Of a stretch of 64,000 bases of DNA, positions 8,737 through 19,174 are shown one piece after another. Source of the stretch: Lysobacterales bacterium (lineage in GTDB: Bacteria; Pseudomonadota; Gammaproteobacteria; Xanthomonadales; SZUA-5); NCBI GenBank assembly GCA_022844165.1, contig JALHMH010000002.1, forward strand, positions 64,001-128,000, given 5' to 3'. Position 1 is the first letter of the stretch, and each line of letters starts with the position of its first letter. The notes under the pieces are model-generated. The model was not told where the DNA came from. It worked only from the letters and a program-made list of their open reading frames with translations, and made no database searches. Made by a program: the position numbers and the translations under genes.

Positions 8737-10026
8737 ATGCGAACCTCGTTATGCCTGCGCATTGGCGCAGTGCTGCTGTTTTTCCTTGTGGCCCCGACCC
8801 AGGCGCACAGCCAGAGCGAAGGGACAAGCCCTGACACATCCGGACGACTCCCGGAAAACGCCCAGGCTGCGCTCCAGGCCGCGTGGGCGCGGCATCCCAC
8901 TGCAGAAGTGGCGAGCCGCGAACTCAGCGCCGCGCAGGCTCGCGCCCGTGCGGCTGGCCAGCCCGTTTACAACCCGGAAATCGAGTTCGGCGCGGAACGT
9001 GCGGACGTCGATACCGTCGAAGCGGGTATCTCGCTGACCCTCGATATCGGCGGCAAGCGACGCGCCCGATCCGACCTCGGCAGCGCTGAACTGGCGGTCG
9101 CCGGGGCGCGCTACGCACTCGCCCGGCGCGACTTCCAGCAGCAATGGCTGAGCGCGTGGTTTGCGCTAGGTACTGCTACCGAACGCGCCGAAATCGCGAG
9201 CCGTCAGCTGTCGCTGATCGAGCGCTTTGCCGACCTCGCCGAGCGGCAGCTCCGCGTCGGTGATGTTTCGACGCTGGAACGCGACCTCGCCCTGCTCGCC
9301 CGAGAAGAGGCCCGCGTGCAGTCTGCGACGCTGACGGGTCAGGCGGCGCAGGCGCGTGCGGCGATGCGGATCGCTGGCGGCGATCCTTCAGTGGTTCCCC
9401 CTGACGCCAGCGGCGTGCCGTTTCCGCAGCCCGTGCGGATCGACGATTCGCGGATTGCCGCGCTGCCTGAAGCAGTCCTGGCGGCAAACCAGAGTCTCGC
9501 GGCCGAGGCACGCGTCGTTTCGGCAGAACGCGATCGGCGCGCCGATCCAACGGTCAGCCTGCGTGGTGGCCAGGTCGACACCGGCTTCGATACCGAGCCC
9601 GTGATCGGATTGACGGTGTCGATTCCGCTGCATGTCCGCAACGACTTCCGTGCCGAAGTCGATGCGGCCCGCGGCGATGCCGACAGCCTTGCCGCACAGG
9701 TCCGCTTCGTGGAACTGGAGCTGCGGGCACGAGCGCAACAATCCGCCGAGGTTTATGTCGCGTTGCTGGATGCCTGGAAGCAATGGCAATCGAGCGGCGC
9801 CAGTGCGACGGGCGAACGCGCGGAACTGCTGGAACGCCTGTGGAAGGCCGGGGAACTCAGCACCTCCGACTATCTGGTGCAGCTCAAGCAGGCACTCGAT
9901 ACCGCACTCGCCGGCGCTGAGCTGCGCGGCGAATTGCTGCGCGCAACGCTCGACCATCTTTCTGCAGCCGGTCGTCTCGATGACTGGACCGGCATGCCCC
10001 CTGTTTCTGGAGACCTGATCCGATGA
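8737..10026 (+). CDS. czcC: TolC family outer-membrane factor (CzcC-like)
   Basis: Signal peptide, YNPEIE, VSIPL, GELSTSDYL; first gene of the CBA operon. Confidence 0.88.
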   Translation: MRTSLCLRIGAVLLFFLVAPTQAHSQSEGTSPDTSGRLPENAQAALQAAWARHPTAEVASRELSAAQARARAAGQPVYNPEIEFGAERADVDTVEAGISLTLDIGGKRRARSDLGSAELAVAGARYALARRDFQQQWLSAWFALGTATERAEIASRQLSLIERFADLAERQLRVGDVSTLERDLALLAREEARVQSATLTGQAAQARAAMRIAGGDPSVVPPDASGVPFPQPVRIDDSRIAALPEAVLAANQSLAAEARVVSAERDRRADPTVSLRGGQVDTGFDTEPVIGLTVSIPLHVRNDFRAEVDAARGDADSLAAQVRFVELELRARAQQSAEVYVALLDAWKQWQSSGASATGERAELLERLWKAGELSTSDYLVQLKQALDTALAGAELRGELLRATLDHLSAAGRLDDWTGMPPVSGDLIR

Positions 10027-11219
10027 TTTCGCAACGATGGATATTGCTCGGCCTGTTGGCCGCACTGACGCTGCTGGGCGCTTGTTCTGCTGATCAGGGC
10101 GAGGCGCCGAGAGACGGTGCCTCAGCCGCGGCGACGCAGGGACACGATGAGCACGAGGACAGCGAGAAGGGCCATGAAGATGAGTCTGACGGTGGCCACG
10201 ACGAGCACACGGAAGGCGAAGAAAGTCACGAGGATGAGGAAGCGTCACCATTGACCATGTCCGCCGAGCAGCTCGAAGCTGCCGGCGTGCGCTTCGAGAC
10301 CCTGGCGCCGATGGCGCTCGGCGAAGAACTGCGCGCGCCGGGCGAAGTGCTGGAAAACGCCTACGGGACCACATTGATCACGCCGAGCATTCCGGGACTG
10401 GTGGTCAAACGCCACGCGCGGCTGGGCGACGAGGTCAAGGCCGGGACGCTGCTGGTGACGCTTTCGAGCGTCGAGGTCGCGCAGGCGCAAGGCGAATTGC
10501 AACTGGCCGAGCAGGAATGGAAGCGCGTGTCTGCGCTGGGCGAGGAGGCCGTTTCCGGCCGCCGCTATTCCGAGGCGCGGATTGCCGTGGAGCAGGCGCG
10601 CGCCAAGGCCCGTGCCTATGGCATTGGCGGAAATGGCGGCGGCGGCCAGTTCTCGTTGTCCGCGCCGCACGACGGGCGCATCACCGAAGACGCGTTCACG
10701 GTCGGTGAGCGCGTCGAACCGGGACACACGCTGTTCCGACTGGTCGATGAGTCGATCGTGTGGGTCGACGCGAAACTGACTCCAGAAACCGCACGCCGCG
10801 TCCAGGTCGGCACCGAGGCCACGATCGTTGTCGAGGGCGCCAGGCTTCCAGGCAGAGTCACCCAACAAGCCCACCGCACCGCCGAGGCGACACGCAACGC
10901 GATCGTGCGCATTGAAGTCGCGAACATCGGTGATCGATTGCACTCTGGCGATTACGTCGACGCGCTGCTCAAGGTCGGCGGCGACGGCGAAATGCAGCTA
11001 GCGGTGCCCACCGGCGCACTCGTGCAGTTGGAGGGCGAAACGGTCGTGTTTCGCCGGACTTCAGACGGCGTCGAGCCAGTCGAAGTGCAGGTCGGAGCCG
11101 TCGTCGGTGGCTTCACCGTCGTTGGGGCAGGCCTCAGCCCGGGCGACAGTGTCGCCATCGAAGGCGCATTCACGCTCAAGTCGCGCCAGCTCAAGTCGCA
11201 GATTGGGGAGGACGAATGA
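10023..11219 (+). CDS. czcB: RND periplasmic adaptor (CzcB-like) lipoprotein with His/Glu-rich N-terminus
   Basis: LLGAC lipobox, HDEHEDSEKGHEDE tract, LSAPHDG, VWVDA. Confidence 0.9.
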   Translation: MISQRWILLGLLAALTLLGACSADQGEAPRDGASAAATQGHDEHEDSEKGHEDESDGGHDEHTEGEESHEDEEASPLTMSAEQLEAAGVRFETLAPMALGEELRAPGEVLENAYGTTLITPSIPGLVVKRHARLGDEVKAGTLLVTLSSVEVAQAQGELQLAEQEWKRVSALGEEAVSGRRYSEARIAVEQARAKARAYGIGGNGGGGQFSLSAPHDGRITEDAFTVGERVEPGHTLFRLVDESIVWVDAKLTPETARRVQVGTEATIVVEGARLPGRVTQQAHRTAEATRNAIVRIEVANIGDRLHSGDYVDALLKVGGDGEMQLAVPTGALVQLEGETVVFRRTSDGVEPVEVQVGAVVGGFTVVGAGLSPGDSVAIEGAFTLKSRQLKSQIGEDE

Positions 11220-11371
11220 GCATTGAACTGGCCCTTGTGGGAACGGCCGCTGTAGGAGCACCCATGGCCGCAATTGCGAGCGCAGTGGCGCAGGCTCCAC
11301 TCTCCAAGTGCGTAGTTAGTGCACCAGAGCAAGCACCCGCCCACCCGCGCGAAGCAGGTGCATCATGCTGA
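11216..11371 (+). CDS. Possible 51-aa coupling ORF between czcB and czcA
   Basis: ATG overlaps the czcB stop and TGA overlaps the czcA start; MSIELALVGTAAVGAPMAAIASAV...GASC. Confidence 0.3.
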   Translation: MSIELALVGTAAVGAPMAAIASAVAQAPLSKCVVSAPEQAPAHPREAGASC

Positions 11372-14300
11372 ATGCCTTGGTCGAAGTTTCGCTGCGCTAC
11401 AAATTTCTGGTGTTGATCGGGTTCCTGGTGATCGGATTCCTCGGGCTGCGTGCGGTCAACACGGTCCCGATCGATGCCTTTCCGGATGTGACGCCGGTGC
11501 AGGTCAATATCTATACCGAGTCGCCGGGCCTCGCGGCCGAAGACGTCGAACAACTCATGACCTTTCCGGTCGAATCGGCATTGGCCGGACTGCCCAAGGT
11601 GCAAGAAATCCGCTCCGTGAGTCTTTTCGGCTTGTCCTATGTCTCGGTCTATTTCGAAGACGACATGGACATTTATTTCGCGCGTCAGCTGGTCAACGAG
11701 AGGCTCCAGGAAGTCGGCGACCGCCTGCCCGAGGGCTTTGGCAAACCGTCGATGGGACCGAATACTGCGAGTCTGGGTCAGGTGCTCTGGTACACGGTCG
11801 AGCGCAAGCCCGGCGTCAGCGAGGAGCAGGTCAGCGACATGGACCTGCGCACGCTGCAGGACTGGATCGTCCGGCTGGTGTTGCGCACGGCTCCGGGCGT
11901 CGATGATGTGATGTCCTGGGGCGGCGGCGAGCGCGAATTCCAGGTGCTGATCGACCCACAGCGGCTTTACGCGCGCGGGCTGGGCTTCGGCGACGTGCTC
12001 GATGCGCTGCCGATCAACAACGGCCAGGTCGGCGGCAACGTCATGGACGTCGGCGCCGAGCAGTACCTGGTGCGCGGCCTCGGTCTGGTCAAGTCGGCCG
12101 AGGACATCGGCGCGATCGTGCTCAAGGCGGAAGACGGCGTCCCGGTCTACGTGCGCGATGTCGCACGCGTGGTCGAGGCGCCGGCGCCGCGCTTTGGTGC
12201 GGTCACCCGCGATGGTGAAGAAGTGGTGCTCGGCATGGCGCTGGCGCGACTGGGTGAAAACGCCAAAGCGGTGGTCGAAGCGGTCGAGGGCAAGCTCGGC
12301 ATTGTCCGTGATGCGATGCCCGAAGGTGTCGACATCAAGCCCATCTATGCGCGCACCGAGCTGGTCAACAAGGCGGTGAGTACCGCCGTCTGGGCCTTGA
12401 TCGAGGGCTCGATCCTGGTCGCCATCATCCTGTTCCTGTTTCTGGGTGAGTTCCGATCTGCCGTGGTGGTGATCGTGGCGCTGCCAATGGCCATGCTGAT
12501 CGCGTTCATCGGCATGCAGCAGTTCGGACTGTCGGCGAACCTGATGTCGCTTGCGGGCCTCGCCATCGGCATCGGCATGATGGTCGATGGCGCCGTGGTG
12601 ATCGTCGAAAATGCCTTTCGCATCATGGCCGAACGCCGCGAGCACGGTGGTCCGGTGGATCGAACTTCGGCCGTGCTTGCCGCGGCGCGCGAGGTCGCCA
12701 ATCCGATCGCGTTCGCGATCATCATCATCATCGTGGTGTTCCTGCCGCTGTTCAGCCTCGAAGGCCTCGAGGGCAAGATGTTCAAGCCGATGGCCTTCAA
12801 CATCGCCTTCGCGATGGCCGGTTCGCTGATCCTTGCCCTGACCCTGATCCCGGTCCTGGCGGCGCTGATCCTCAAGCCCAAGGAAGAGCGCGACACCTGG
12901 CTGGTGCGCGCCGTCAAGCGCATCTATGTGCCCTTGCTTGGGCATGCGCTGGTGAGAAAAGGCGTGGTCGTCACCTTCGCGATGGTCGCCCTGGTCGGCA
13001 GCCTCGCGCTGTTCCCCTTCCTCGGCAAGGAGTTCATGCCGCAGTTGCAGGAAGGCTCGATCATGTGGCGCGTGACCGGCATTCCGTCGACGTCGCTCGA
13101 CACCTCTATCGAGACCAGCAAGCGCATCGCCGATGCCTTCAAGGAATTCCCGGAGGTCGATACCACCCTGGCGATGATCGGTCGCGCCGAGAAGGGCGAA
13201 ACCGCCGACGTCAACTACATGGAGATCTACACGGCGCTGACACCGCTCGATCAATGGACGCCAGGGCGCGACATCAAGGAGTTGGAAGAGTTGATGAAGG
13301 AGAAGCTCGAAGAGGTGGTACCGAACACCGTGCCGAGCTACACCCAGCCGATCCAGATGCGCGTCGAAGAGTTGATTTCGGGCGTACGTGCGACCCTCGC
13401 ATTGAAGCTGTACGGCGAGGACCTGAAGGAACTCGATCGCATCAGCGCAGAGTTGAAGGAAGTCCTCGAAGGCATTCCGGGCGTGGCCGATCTCTCGCTT
13501 GAAGCCAACATCGGCAAGCCGCAGATCCAGATCGAGGTCAACCGTCAGGAACTCGCCCGCCACGGCATGAACGCCGAGGAGGTGCTGACCATCGTCCGCA
13601 ATGGCCTCGGCGGTGAGCCGGTGAGCGTGCTGCTCGATGGCGTCAAGCGCTTCGATATCTCGGTGCGGCTGGAGGATGCAACGCGCAACTCGATCGAGGC
13701 GCTGCGGCGGATTCCGTTGCGCACCGCGACCGGTGCGCTGGTGCCGCTCTCGGAAGTCGCCGAGGTCACCATCGCCGAGGGTTACTCCTTCGTCCGCCGC
13801 GAGCAGTTGCAGCGTTACGCGGTGATCCAGATGGATGTGCGCGGTCGCGATGTCGACAGTTTCGTCAAGGAAGCCTCTGCTGCGATCGAACAGAAGGCGG
13901 ATCTGCCCGCGGGCTACTGGATCGAGTGGGGCGGCGCTTTCGAAAATCAGCAGCGCGCGCTGACCAAGCTGGCGGTGATTGTTCCGGTCACCATCTTCTT
14001 CATCTTCGTGCTGCTCTACACCGCGTTCAACTCGGTCAAGTACGCGGCCCTGATTCTGGCCAATGTTCCCTTCGCGACCATCGGTGGCCTGCTGGCGCTG
14101 TTCCTGACCGGCCAGTACCTCTCGGTACCCTCGGCGATCGGCTTCATCGCCGTGTTCGGCGTAGCCATGCTCAACGGCATCGTGCTGGTCAGCTTCTTGA
14201 ACGAGCTACGCGACAAGGGCTTGTCGGTTCGCGAGGCCGTCGTGCAAGGCACCACCTTGCGCCTGAGACCGGTGTTGATGACCGCGAGCGTGGCCGTCCT

Positions 14301-14484
14301 GGGTCTGGTGCCGATGCTGATTTCCACCGGGGTGGGCGCGGAAACCCAACGACCATTGGCCACGGTGGTCGTCGGCGGGCTGATCACATCGACCCTGCTC
14401 ACCCTGTTACTGCTGCCGGTGCTTTACGAGTGGCTGGAGAACCGTGCCGAACGGCGTGCTGCATTGGAGGAGGCGTCACCATGA
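11365..14484 (+). CDS. czcA: CzcA family heavy-metal RND permease
   Basis: PIDAFPDVTPVQV, IGMMVDGAVVIVEN, RLRPVLMTA, GAETQRPLATVVVGG. Confidence 0.95.
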   Translation: MLNALVEVSLRYKFLVLIGFLVIGFLGLRAVNTVPIDAFPDVTPVQVNIYTESPGLAAEDVEQLMTFPVESALAGLPKVQEIRSVSLFGLSYVSVYFEDDMDIYFARQLVNERLQEVGDRLPEGFGKPSMGPNTASLGQVLWYTVERKPGVSEEQVSDMDLRTLQDWIVRLVLRTAPGVDDVMSWGGGEREFQVLIDPQRLYARGLGFGDVLDALPINNGQVGGNVMDVGAEQYLVRGLGLVKSAEDIGAIVLKAEDGVPVYVRDVARVVEAPAPRFGAVTRDGEEVVLGMALARLGENAKAVVEAVEGKLGIVRDAMPEGVDIKPIYARTELVNKAVSTAVWALIEGSILVAIILFLFLGEFRSAVVVIVALPMAMLIAFIGMQQFGLSANLMSLAGLAIGIGMMVDGAVVIVENAFRIMAERREHGGPVDRTSAVLAAAREVANPIAFAIIIIIVVFLPLFSLEGLEGKMFKPMAFNIAFAMAGSLILALTLIPVLAALILKPKEERDTWLVRAVKRIYVPLLGHALVRKGVVVTFAMVALVGSLALFPFLGKEFMPQLQEGSIMWRVTGIPSTSLDTSIETSKRIADAFKEFPEVDTTLAMIGRAEKGETADVNYMEIYTALTPLDQWTPGRDIKELEELMKEKLEEVVPNTVPSYTQPIQMRVEELISGVRATLALKLYGEDLKELDRISAELKEVLEGIPGVADLSLEANIGKPQIQIEVNRQELARHGMNAEEVLTIVRNGLGGEPVSVLLDGVKRFDISVRLEDATRNSIEALRRIPLRTATGALVPLSEVAEVTIAEGYSFVRREQLQRYAVIQMDVRGRDVDSFVKEASAAIEQKADLPAGYWIEWGGAFENQQRALTKLAVIVPVTIFFIFVLLYTAFNSVKYAALILANVPFATIGGLLALFLTGQYLSVPSAIGFIAVFGVAMLNGIVLVSFLNELRDKGLSVREAVVQGTTLRLRPVLMTASVAVLGLVPMLISTGVGAETQRPLATVVVGGLITSTLLTLLLLPVLYEWLENRAERRAALEEASP

Positions 14485-14801
14485 AGCAGATCAAGGCATT
14501 CGTGCATCGGGGCCGCGTCGCCGACATCGTGCACAACTTGCGTGAGGCAGGGTTCACGCGGATCGGACTGATCGACGTCAAGGGCCTGCTGCACGCGCTA
14601 TCGGCGCGCGAGCAGGAGTACTCCGTCGAACTTGGCGAGCAGGTGACCTCGGAGATCCAGATCGAACTGTTCTGCGAGGACGACCAGGTGGACACCGCGG
14701 TTGCTCTGGTGCGCCAGCACGGCCGGACCGGCAAACGCGATGCCGGCTTTGTCTATGTCAGCAGCGTCGATGCGGCATTCCCCATCGATTCGCGCGACTG
14801 A
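14481..14801 (+). CDS. P-II family protein (metal-efflux-associated group)
   Basis: MKQIKAFVHRGRVADIVHNLREAG...GRTGKRDAGFVYVSSV; ATGA-coupled to czcA. Confidence 0.85.
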   Translation: MKQIKAFVHRGRVADIVHNLREAGFTRIGLIDVKGLLHALSAREQEYSVELGEQVTSEIQIELFCEDDQVDTAVALVRQHGRTGKRDAGFVYVSSVDAAFPIDSRD

Positions 14802-14813
14802 GGCGCGCAACGG

Positions 14814-17018
14814 ATGAACGATGACCACGAGAAACGCGGCGCTGCGGCGTCTGGCGCTTTAGTCGGGGCGCCGCGCCACGGCGCCGAGGCTGTCGACACC
14901 AAGCTGCTGGAATCGATCTTCAGGATCGAGGCGATGGATTGCCCGACTGAAGAAGCGCTGCTGCGCAAGCGCCTGGCCGGAATGCCGGGCGTGGTCGACC
15001 TCAGTTTTGACCTGATGCGCCGCCAGTTGACGGTGCAGCATTCGCTGTCGAGCATCGATCCGATCATCGAAGCGGTGGCCTCGTTGGGCATGGAGGCGGA
15101 GCCCGCGGTGTCCGGCGCACCCAGCGAAGCGCTGGCCGTTGCGCCAGCGGAACCCCGGGAGTCGTGGTGGCCACTGGCTATCGCGGGCGCAGCGGCGCTG
15201 GTCTCGGAAGCGGCCGAGTGGTTTGGTCTGGCAACGCCCTTCCTGCCCGCAGCGCTGTCGCTTGCAGCCCTTGCCCTGGCCGGTCTTGGCACCTACCGCA
15301 AGGGCTGGATCGCGATTCGCAACCTCACGCTCAACATCAATGCGCTGATGAGCATTGCCGTCACCGGAGCGATGTTGATCGGACAATGGCCGGAAGCGGC
15401 GATGGTGATCGTGCTGTTTGCCCTCGCGGAACGGATCGAAGCGGCGTCCCTCGATCGCGCTCGCAATGCCATTCGCGGGTTGATGGCGATGACCCCGGAC
15501 ATCGCGACCGTGCGTCAGACGGATGGCAGTTGGCAGACGGTGGTGGCGCGCACAGTGGCCCTCGGCAGTGCGGTGCGCTTGAAACCCGGCGAGCGCGTGG
15601 CGCTGGACGGCATCGTCAGCGCCGGCCATTCCGCCGTCGACCAGTCGCCGATCACCGGCGAGAGTGTCCCGGTCGACAAGACCGTAGGCGATTCGCTGTT
15701 TGCCGGCTCCATCAACCAGAGCGGCGAACTGGAATTCACGGTGACCGCCAAGGCGGATGAATCGACGCTCGCGCGCATCATCCACGCGGTCGAATCCGCG
15801 CAGGGAACAAGGGCGCCGACGCAACGCTTTGTCGATCAATTTGCCCGCGTGTACACGCCCGTGGTTTTCGCCGTTGCGTTCCTGTGCGCCCTCGGGCCAC
15901 CGCTGTTGCTCGGCGGCGACTGGCTGGCCTGGATCTACAAGGCCCTGGTGTTGCTGGTCATCGCTTGTCCGTGCGCGCTGGTCATTTCGACGCCTGTCAC
16001 CATTGTCAGCGGCCTCAGCGCTGCGGCGCGCCGCGGCATCCTGATCAAGGGCGGTGTCTACCTCGAGCAGGGCCGGCACATGAAGTGGCTGGCACTCGAC
16101 AAGACCGGCACGATCACTGTCGGCAAACCCGCGCTCACGGATTTCGAGCTGGTGTCCGGGGCCGAACGGGACGCGTTGACCATCGCCGTCAGCCTGGCCT
16201 CACGCTCGGATCATCCGGTGTCCAAAGCGGTCGCAGAGTCGCAGCAGGCCAGGACCGTCACGATCCAGGCGGTCGATGCGTTCGAGGCCTTGCTGGGTCG
16301 CGGCGTCAAAGGGCGCATCGGCGGGCGGCTTTTCCATCTCGGCAATCACCGCCTGATCGAAGAACTGAAGCTCTGCGGCAGTGCCCTCGAAGCGCGCCTG
16401 AATGTGCTGGAATTGCAGGGAAAGACCGCCGTGCTGGTTGCCAGCGAACAGGCAGTGCTGGCCCTGTTCGGCGTCGCCGACACGGTCAAGGAATCCAGCC
16501 GTGAGGCCATCGGGCAGTTGCACGCACTCGGCATCAAGACGCTGATGCTGTCCGGCGACAACCAGCACACTGCAGCCGCCATCGCCAAGCAGGTGAATAT
16601 CGACGACGCCAAAGGCAATCAGTTGCCCGAGGACAAGGTCACCGCGATTGCCGCGATGATCGGCAGGGAGGGCCTGGTCGGCATGGTCGGCGACGGCATC
16701 AACGACGCACCTGCATTGGCGCGTTCCGACATCGGCTTTGCGATGGGAGCCGCCGGTACCGACACCGCGATCGAAACCGCCGACGTCGCCATCATGGATG
16801 ACGACCTGCGAAAGATTCCCGAGTTCGTTCGGCTCTCCAAAGCCACCGCTGCGGTGTTGAAGCAAAACATCGCGCTGGCGCTCGGCGTCAAGGCGATTTT
16901 CCTCGGCCTGACCGTGGTCGGCATGGGCACCATGTGGATGGCTGTGTTTGCCGACATGGGCACCAGCTTGATCGTCGTCCTCAACGGCCTCAGGCTACTT
17001 CGACCGCAGGCCACATGA
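14814..17018 (+). CDS. cadA: P1B-2 Zn/Cd/Pb-translocating P-type ATPase
   Basis: MDCPTEE metal site, [37 protein letters not shown]. Confidence 0.93.
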   Translation: MNDDHEKRGAAASGALVGAPRHGAEAVDTKLLESIFRIEAMDCPTEEALLRKRLAGMPGVVDLSFDLMRRQLTVQHSLSSIDPIIEAVASLGMEAEPAVSGAPSEALAVAPAEPRESWWPLAIAGAAALVSEAAEWFGLATPFLPAALSLAALALAGLGTYRKGWIAIRNLTLNINALMSIAVTGAMLIGQWPEAAMVIVLFALAERIEAASLDRARNAIRGLMAMTPDIATVRQTDGSWQTVVARTVALGSAVRLKPGERVALDGIVSAGHSAVDQSPITGESVPVDKTVGDSLFAGSINQSGELEFTVTAKADESTLARIIHAVESAQGTRAPTQRFVDQFARVYTPVVFAVAFLCALGPPLLLGGDWLAWIYKALVLLVIACPCALVISTPVTIVSGLSAAARRGILIKGGVYLEQGRHMKWLALDKTGTITVGKPALTDFELVSGAERDALTIAVSLASRSDHPVSKAVAESQQARTVTIQAVDAFEALLGRGVKGRIGGRLFHLGNHRLIEELKLCGSALEARLNVLELQGKTAVLVASEQAVLALFGVADTVKESSREAIGQLHALGIKTLMLSGDNQHTAAAIAKQVNIDDAKGNQLPEDKVTAIAAMIGREGLVGMVGDGINDAPALARSDIGFAMGAAGTDTAIETADVAIMDDDLRKIPEFVRLSKATAAVLKQNIALALGVKAIFLGLTVVGMGTMWMAVFADMGTSLIVVLNGLRLLRPQAT

Positions 17019-17063
17019 CCGGCCAGCCTTGATCCCAACGAACCATCTGCACGTCACCGAATC

Positions 17064-17405
17064 ATGAATCAGAAGCTGCGCACTGCATTCGATCTGGAAA
17101 TGGCATCCGCCGCCGCGGCGGAAAGCAGAGGCGACATGGATCGCGCATTCGTTCACCTGGAACGCGCCCACATCCTTGGACAGCGACACACGTGGCCTCA
17201 CGTCCGCTCGCATCTTGCCATGCTGCGGATCGGTTGGCGGCGACGTGACCGGCGCGAGATTGTGGGTCAATTCCCTCGCATTCTCGCTGCCCTGGTGTTC
17301 TCGCGGATCTGGGTTCCGCTCGGGAACACGGGTGGCGCCAACGTCAGTCCAATCAAGCCGATGCCAATCCCGTCTGACTTGGCCGAGATACTCAGGATGG
17401 ACTGA
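17064..17405 (+). CDS. DUF3703 family protein
   Basis: AFVHLERAHILGQ...HVRSHLAML...PLGNTGGANVS. Confidence 0.88.
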   Translation: MNQKLRTAFDLEMASAAAAESRGDMDRAFVHLERAHILGQRHTWPHVRSHLAMLRIGWRRRDRREIVGQFPRILAALVFSRIWVPLGNTGGANVSPIKPMPIPSDLAEILRMD

Positions 17406-17492
17406 CGCGGTCGGCGGCGTGCTCAACATCGGCGCAGGCGGTCAGGCAGAGCGCCATTGGCGACCGAGGTGATAGAGGCTGGCGCTGCTGGC

Positions 17493-18992
17493 CTATGATG
17501 CGGCAGCTCGCACGTCCAGCACCGCCATCATCCCCGCGTCCTCATGAGGCAGCAGATGGCAATGGAACATCCGCTTGCCTGGCAGCATCTGCTGTGTCTT
17601 GATGGTGACCGTTTCTCCGGCAGGTACATTGACAGTGTCGAACCATCCCGGCAAGGCGGCTGCAATGGGAACACCGCGCACCGTGCGACCGACCAGCTGA
17701 AATTGGGTGCCATGGATGTGGATCGGGTGATCCATGAAGCTCGCGTTGACGATCTCCCACAGCTCGACTCGACCGACCACCGTTTCGAGGTCGACACGAT
17801 CCATGTCAAAACGTTTGCCGTTGATGAGGAAAGCGCCCGTCATGCCCATGCCAGCGCCGGAAAGCGCCACCTGCTGCTGGACCGTCGCGGGTCCCAGCGC
17901 GACGATCGGTCGCAGGATTCGTGGCAGTTCAACGGGCGCGAGCGCAACCGCTCCGCTCGTTTGAACCGTCATCAGCTCAATGTCCGAACCGCCATTCATG
18001 GCGCCGCCGTACCCGAGGTCGCGCAGCGCGTAACGGGTCGACCGGCGTGTATTCATCGACACCACGATCTCGACCCGTTGGGCGGGAGCAAGGAGCCATT
18101 CGGACAGCCCCGGCAGGGGCTGGTCAAGGAGTCCCCCGTCGGTTCCAACGACGGCAAAGTAGTGCCCGTCGAGACTCAAGCGCAAGTAGCGATCCGCGGT
18201 GGCATTGATGATCCGCCAGCGCTCGGTGGCGCCCGGTGTCACCGTGTGGACCGGAAGCCTCCGTCCGTTCACCAGCAATTCGCTCATGCCGGGCATCATC
18301 ATCGCGCCCATGCCGGACATGGATGTCGAGCCCGTAATGACCTGAGCGTTTGAGTCGAGTCCGAGCGACGTGACCATCAAGGTCCGTTCGGAGAGCCCCT
18401 GCAGCGGATCGTCGCTGCTGCGAACGATGAGCGGGGCCGCGAGACCATGGCCGACCTGCAAGGTATTGGTCTCGTGTGCATGCGGGTGATACCAGTAGGT
18501 GCCGGCGCTGCCGATCGGCACCTCAAACGTGTAGAGCCGATCGGTGTGGGGGTCGACCGGATCCATGGGACTGCCATCCTGATCTGCAGGAACCGCGAGA
18601 CCGTGCCAGTGGATGGTCGATTCGAGGTCGAGCCGATTGGCGAACGTGATCGCGACTCGCTGTCCCTCGCGCAGTTCGATCACCGGACCCGGGTATTGTC
18701 CGTTGTACCCCCATAACTCGGTCGTGCGGTCGGAGACAAGCGACGCGTTGTACGGGGAAGCCACCAGTGTGCCCTCGAAATCGCCGAGCACCGCGCTCTG
18801 GTTCGCGAGAGTGCCCAGGTGCGGAAGCGGGAGCCCGGTAGGCAATCCCGATCTGAACGGTGGCAGGCGACCCATCATTGCGCCCATGCCGCCGCGCGGC
18901 ATGCCCCCCATCTGAGCCGATACACTCTGGGCCAGGGCCAGCGCCGAAAGAGCGCCTGTTGATGCGATGTTGAGGAAGCTGCGGCGACGCAT
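17493..18992 (-). CDS. Tat-exported three-domain multicopper oxidase (CueO-like)
   Basis: MRRRSFL twin-Arg; HWHG, WYHPH, HPIHIHG, HCHLLPHEDAGMM; Met-rich inserts. Confidence 0.93.
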   Translation of the reverse strand: MRRRSFLNIASTGALSALALAQSVSAQMGGMPRGGMGAMMGRLPPFRSGLPTGLPLPHLGTLANQSAVLGDFEGTLVASPYNASLVSDRTTELWGYNGQYPGPVIELREGQRVAITFANRLDLESTIHWHGLAVPADQDGSPMDPVDPHTDRLYTFEVPIGSAGTYWYHPHAHETNTLQVGHGLAAPLIVRSSDDPLQGLSERTLMVTSLGLDSNAQVITGSTSMSGMGAMMMPGMSELLVNGRRLPVHTVTPGATERWRIINATADRYLRLSLDGHYFAVVGTDGGLLDQPLPGLSEWLLAPAQRVEIVVSMNTRRSTRYALRDLGYGGAMNGGSDIELMTVQTSGAVALAPVELPRILRPIVALGPATVQQQVALSGAGMGMTGAFLINGKRFDMDRVDLETVVGRVELWEIVNASFMDHPIHIHGTQFQLVGRTVRGVPIAAALPGWFDTVNVPAGETVTIKTQQMLPGKRMFHCHLLPHEDAGMMAVLDVRAAAS

Positions 18993-19048
18993 GGGTCGCT
19001 CCCGACGTTTGCAGTGCAAGAAGGATCCGCCGTTCGCAAGCCACTCGT

Positions 19049-19062
19049 TTGACGGTGATCAA
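19049..19062 (-). promoter_or_regulatory. FNR/ANR-type box upstream of the multicopper oxidase
   Basis: TTGAC-GGTG-ATCAA; candidate -10 GATCCT at class II spacing on the minus strand. Confidence 0.55.
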
Positions 19063-19174
19063 TGTCGATGCAGTGGACGCATCTTCAGCTACTCAGTTGC
19101 GCTTTGCGTTCCAACGATCGCCAGCTTAATCGCGATGTCGGCGCCCGAGTTGGGCGCCGACCTGAACCGCGACG

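Noticed and set aside
11191-13563. 790-aa minus-strand ORF (and similar 25566-27164, 27291-29378, 31705-33489, 42185-43453, 59135-60289)
   Set aside because: Antisense shadows of well-supported high-GC genes; no motifs
13926-14480. Long upstream extension of the P-II ORF
   Set aside because: Alternate frame inside czcA; the real start is 14481
17029-17042. TTGAT-CCCA-ACGAA possible FNR box
   Set aside because: Weak second half-site and too close to the DUF3703 start for class II geometry
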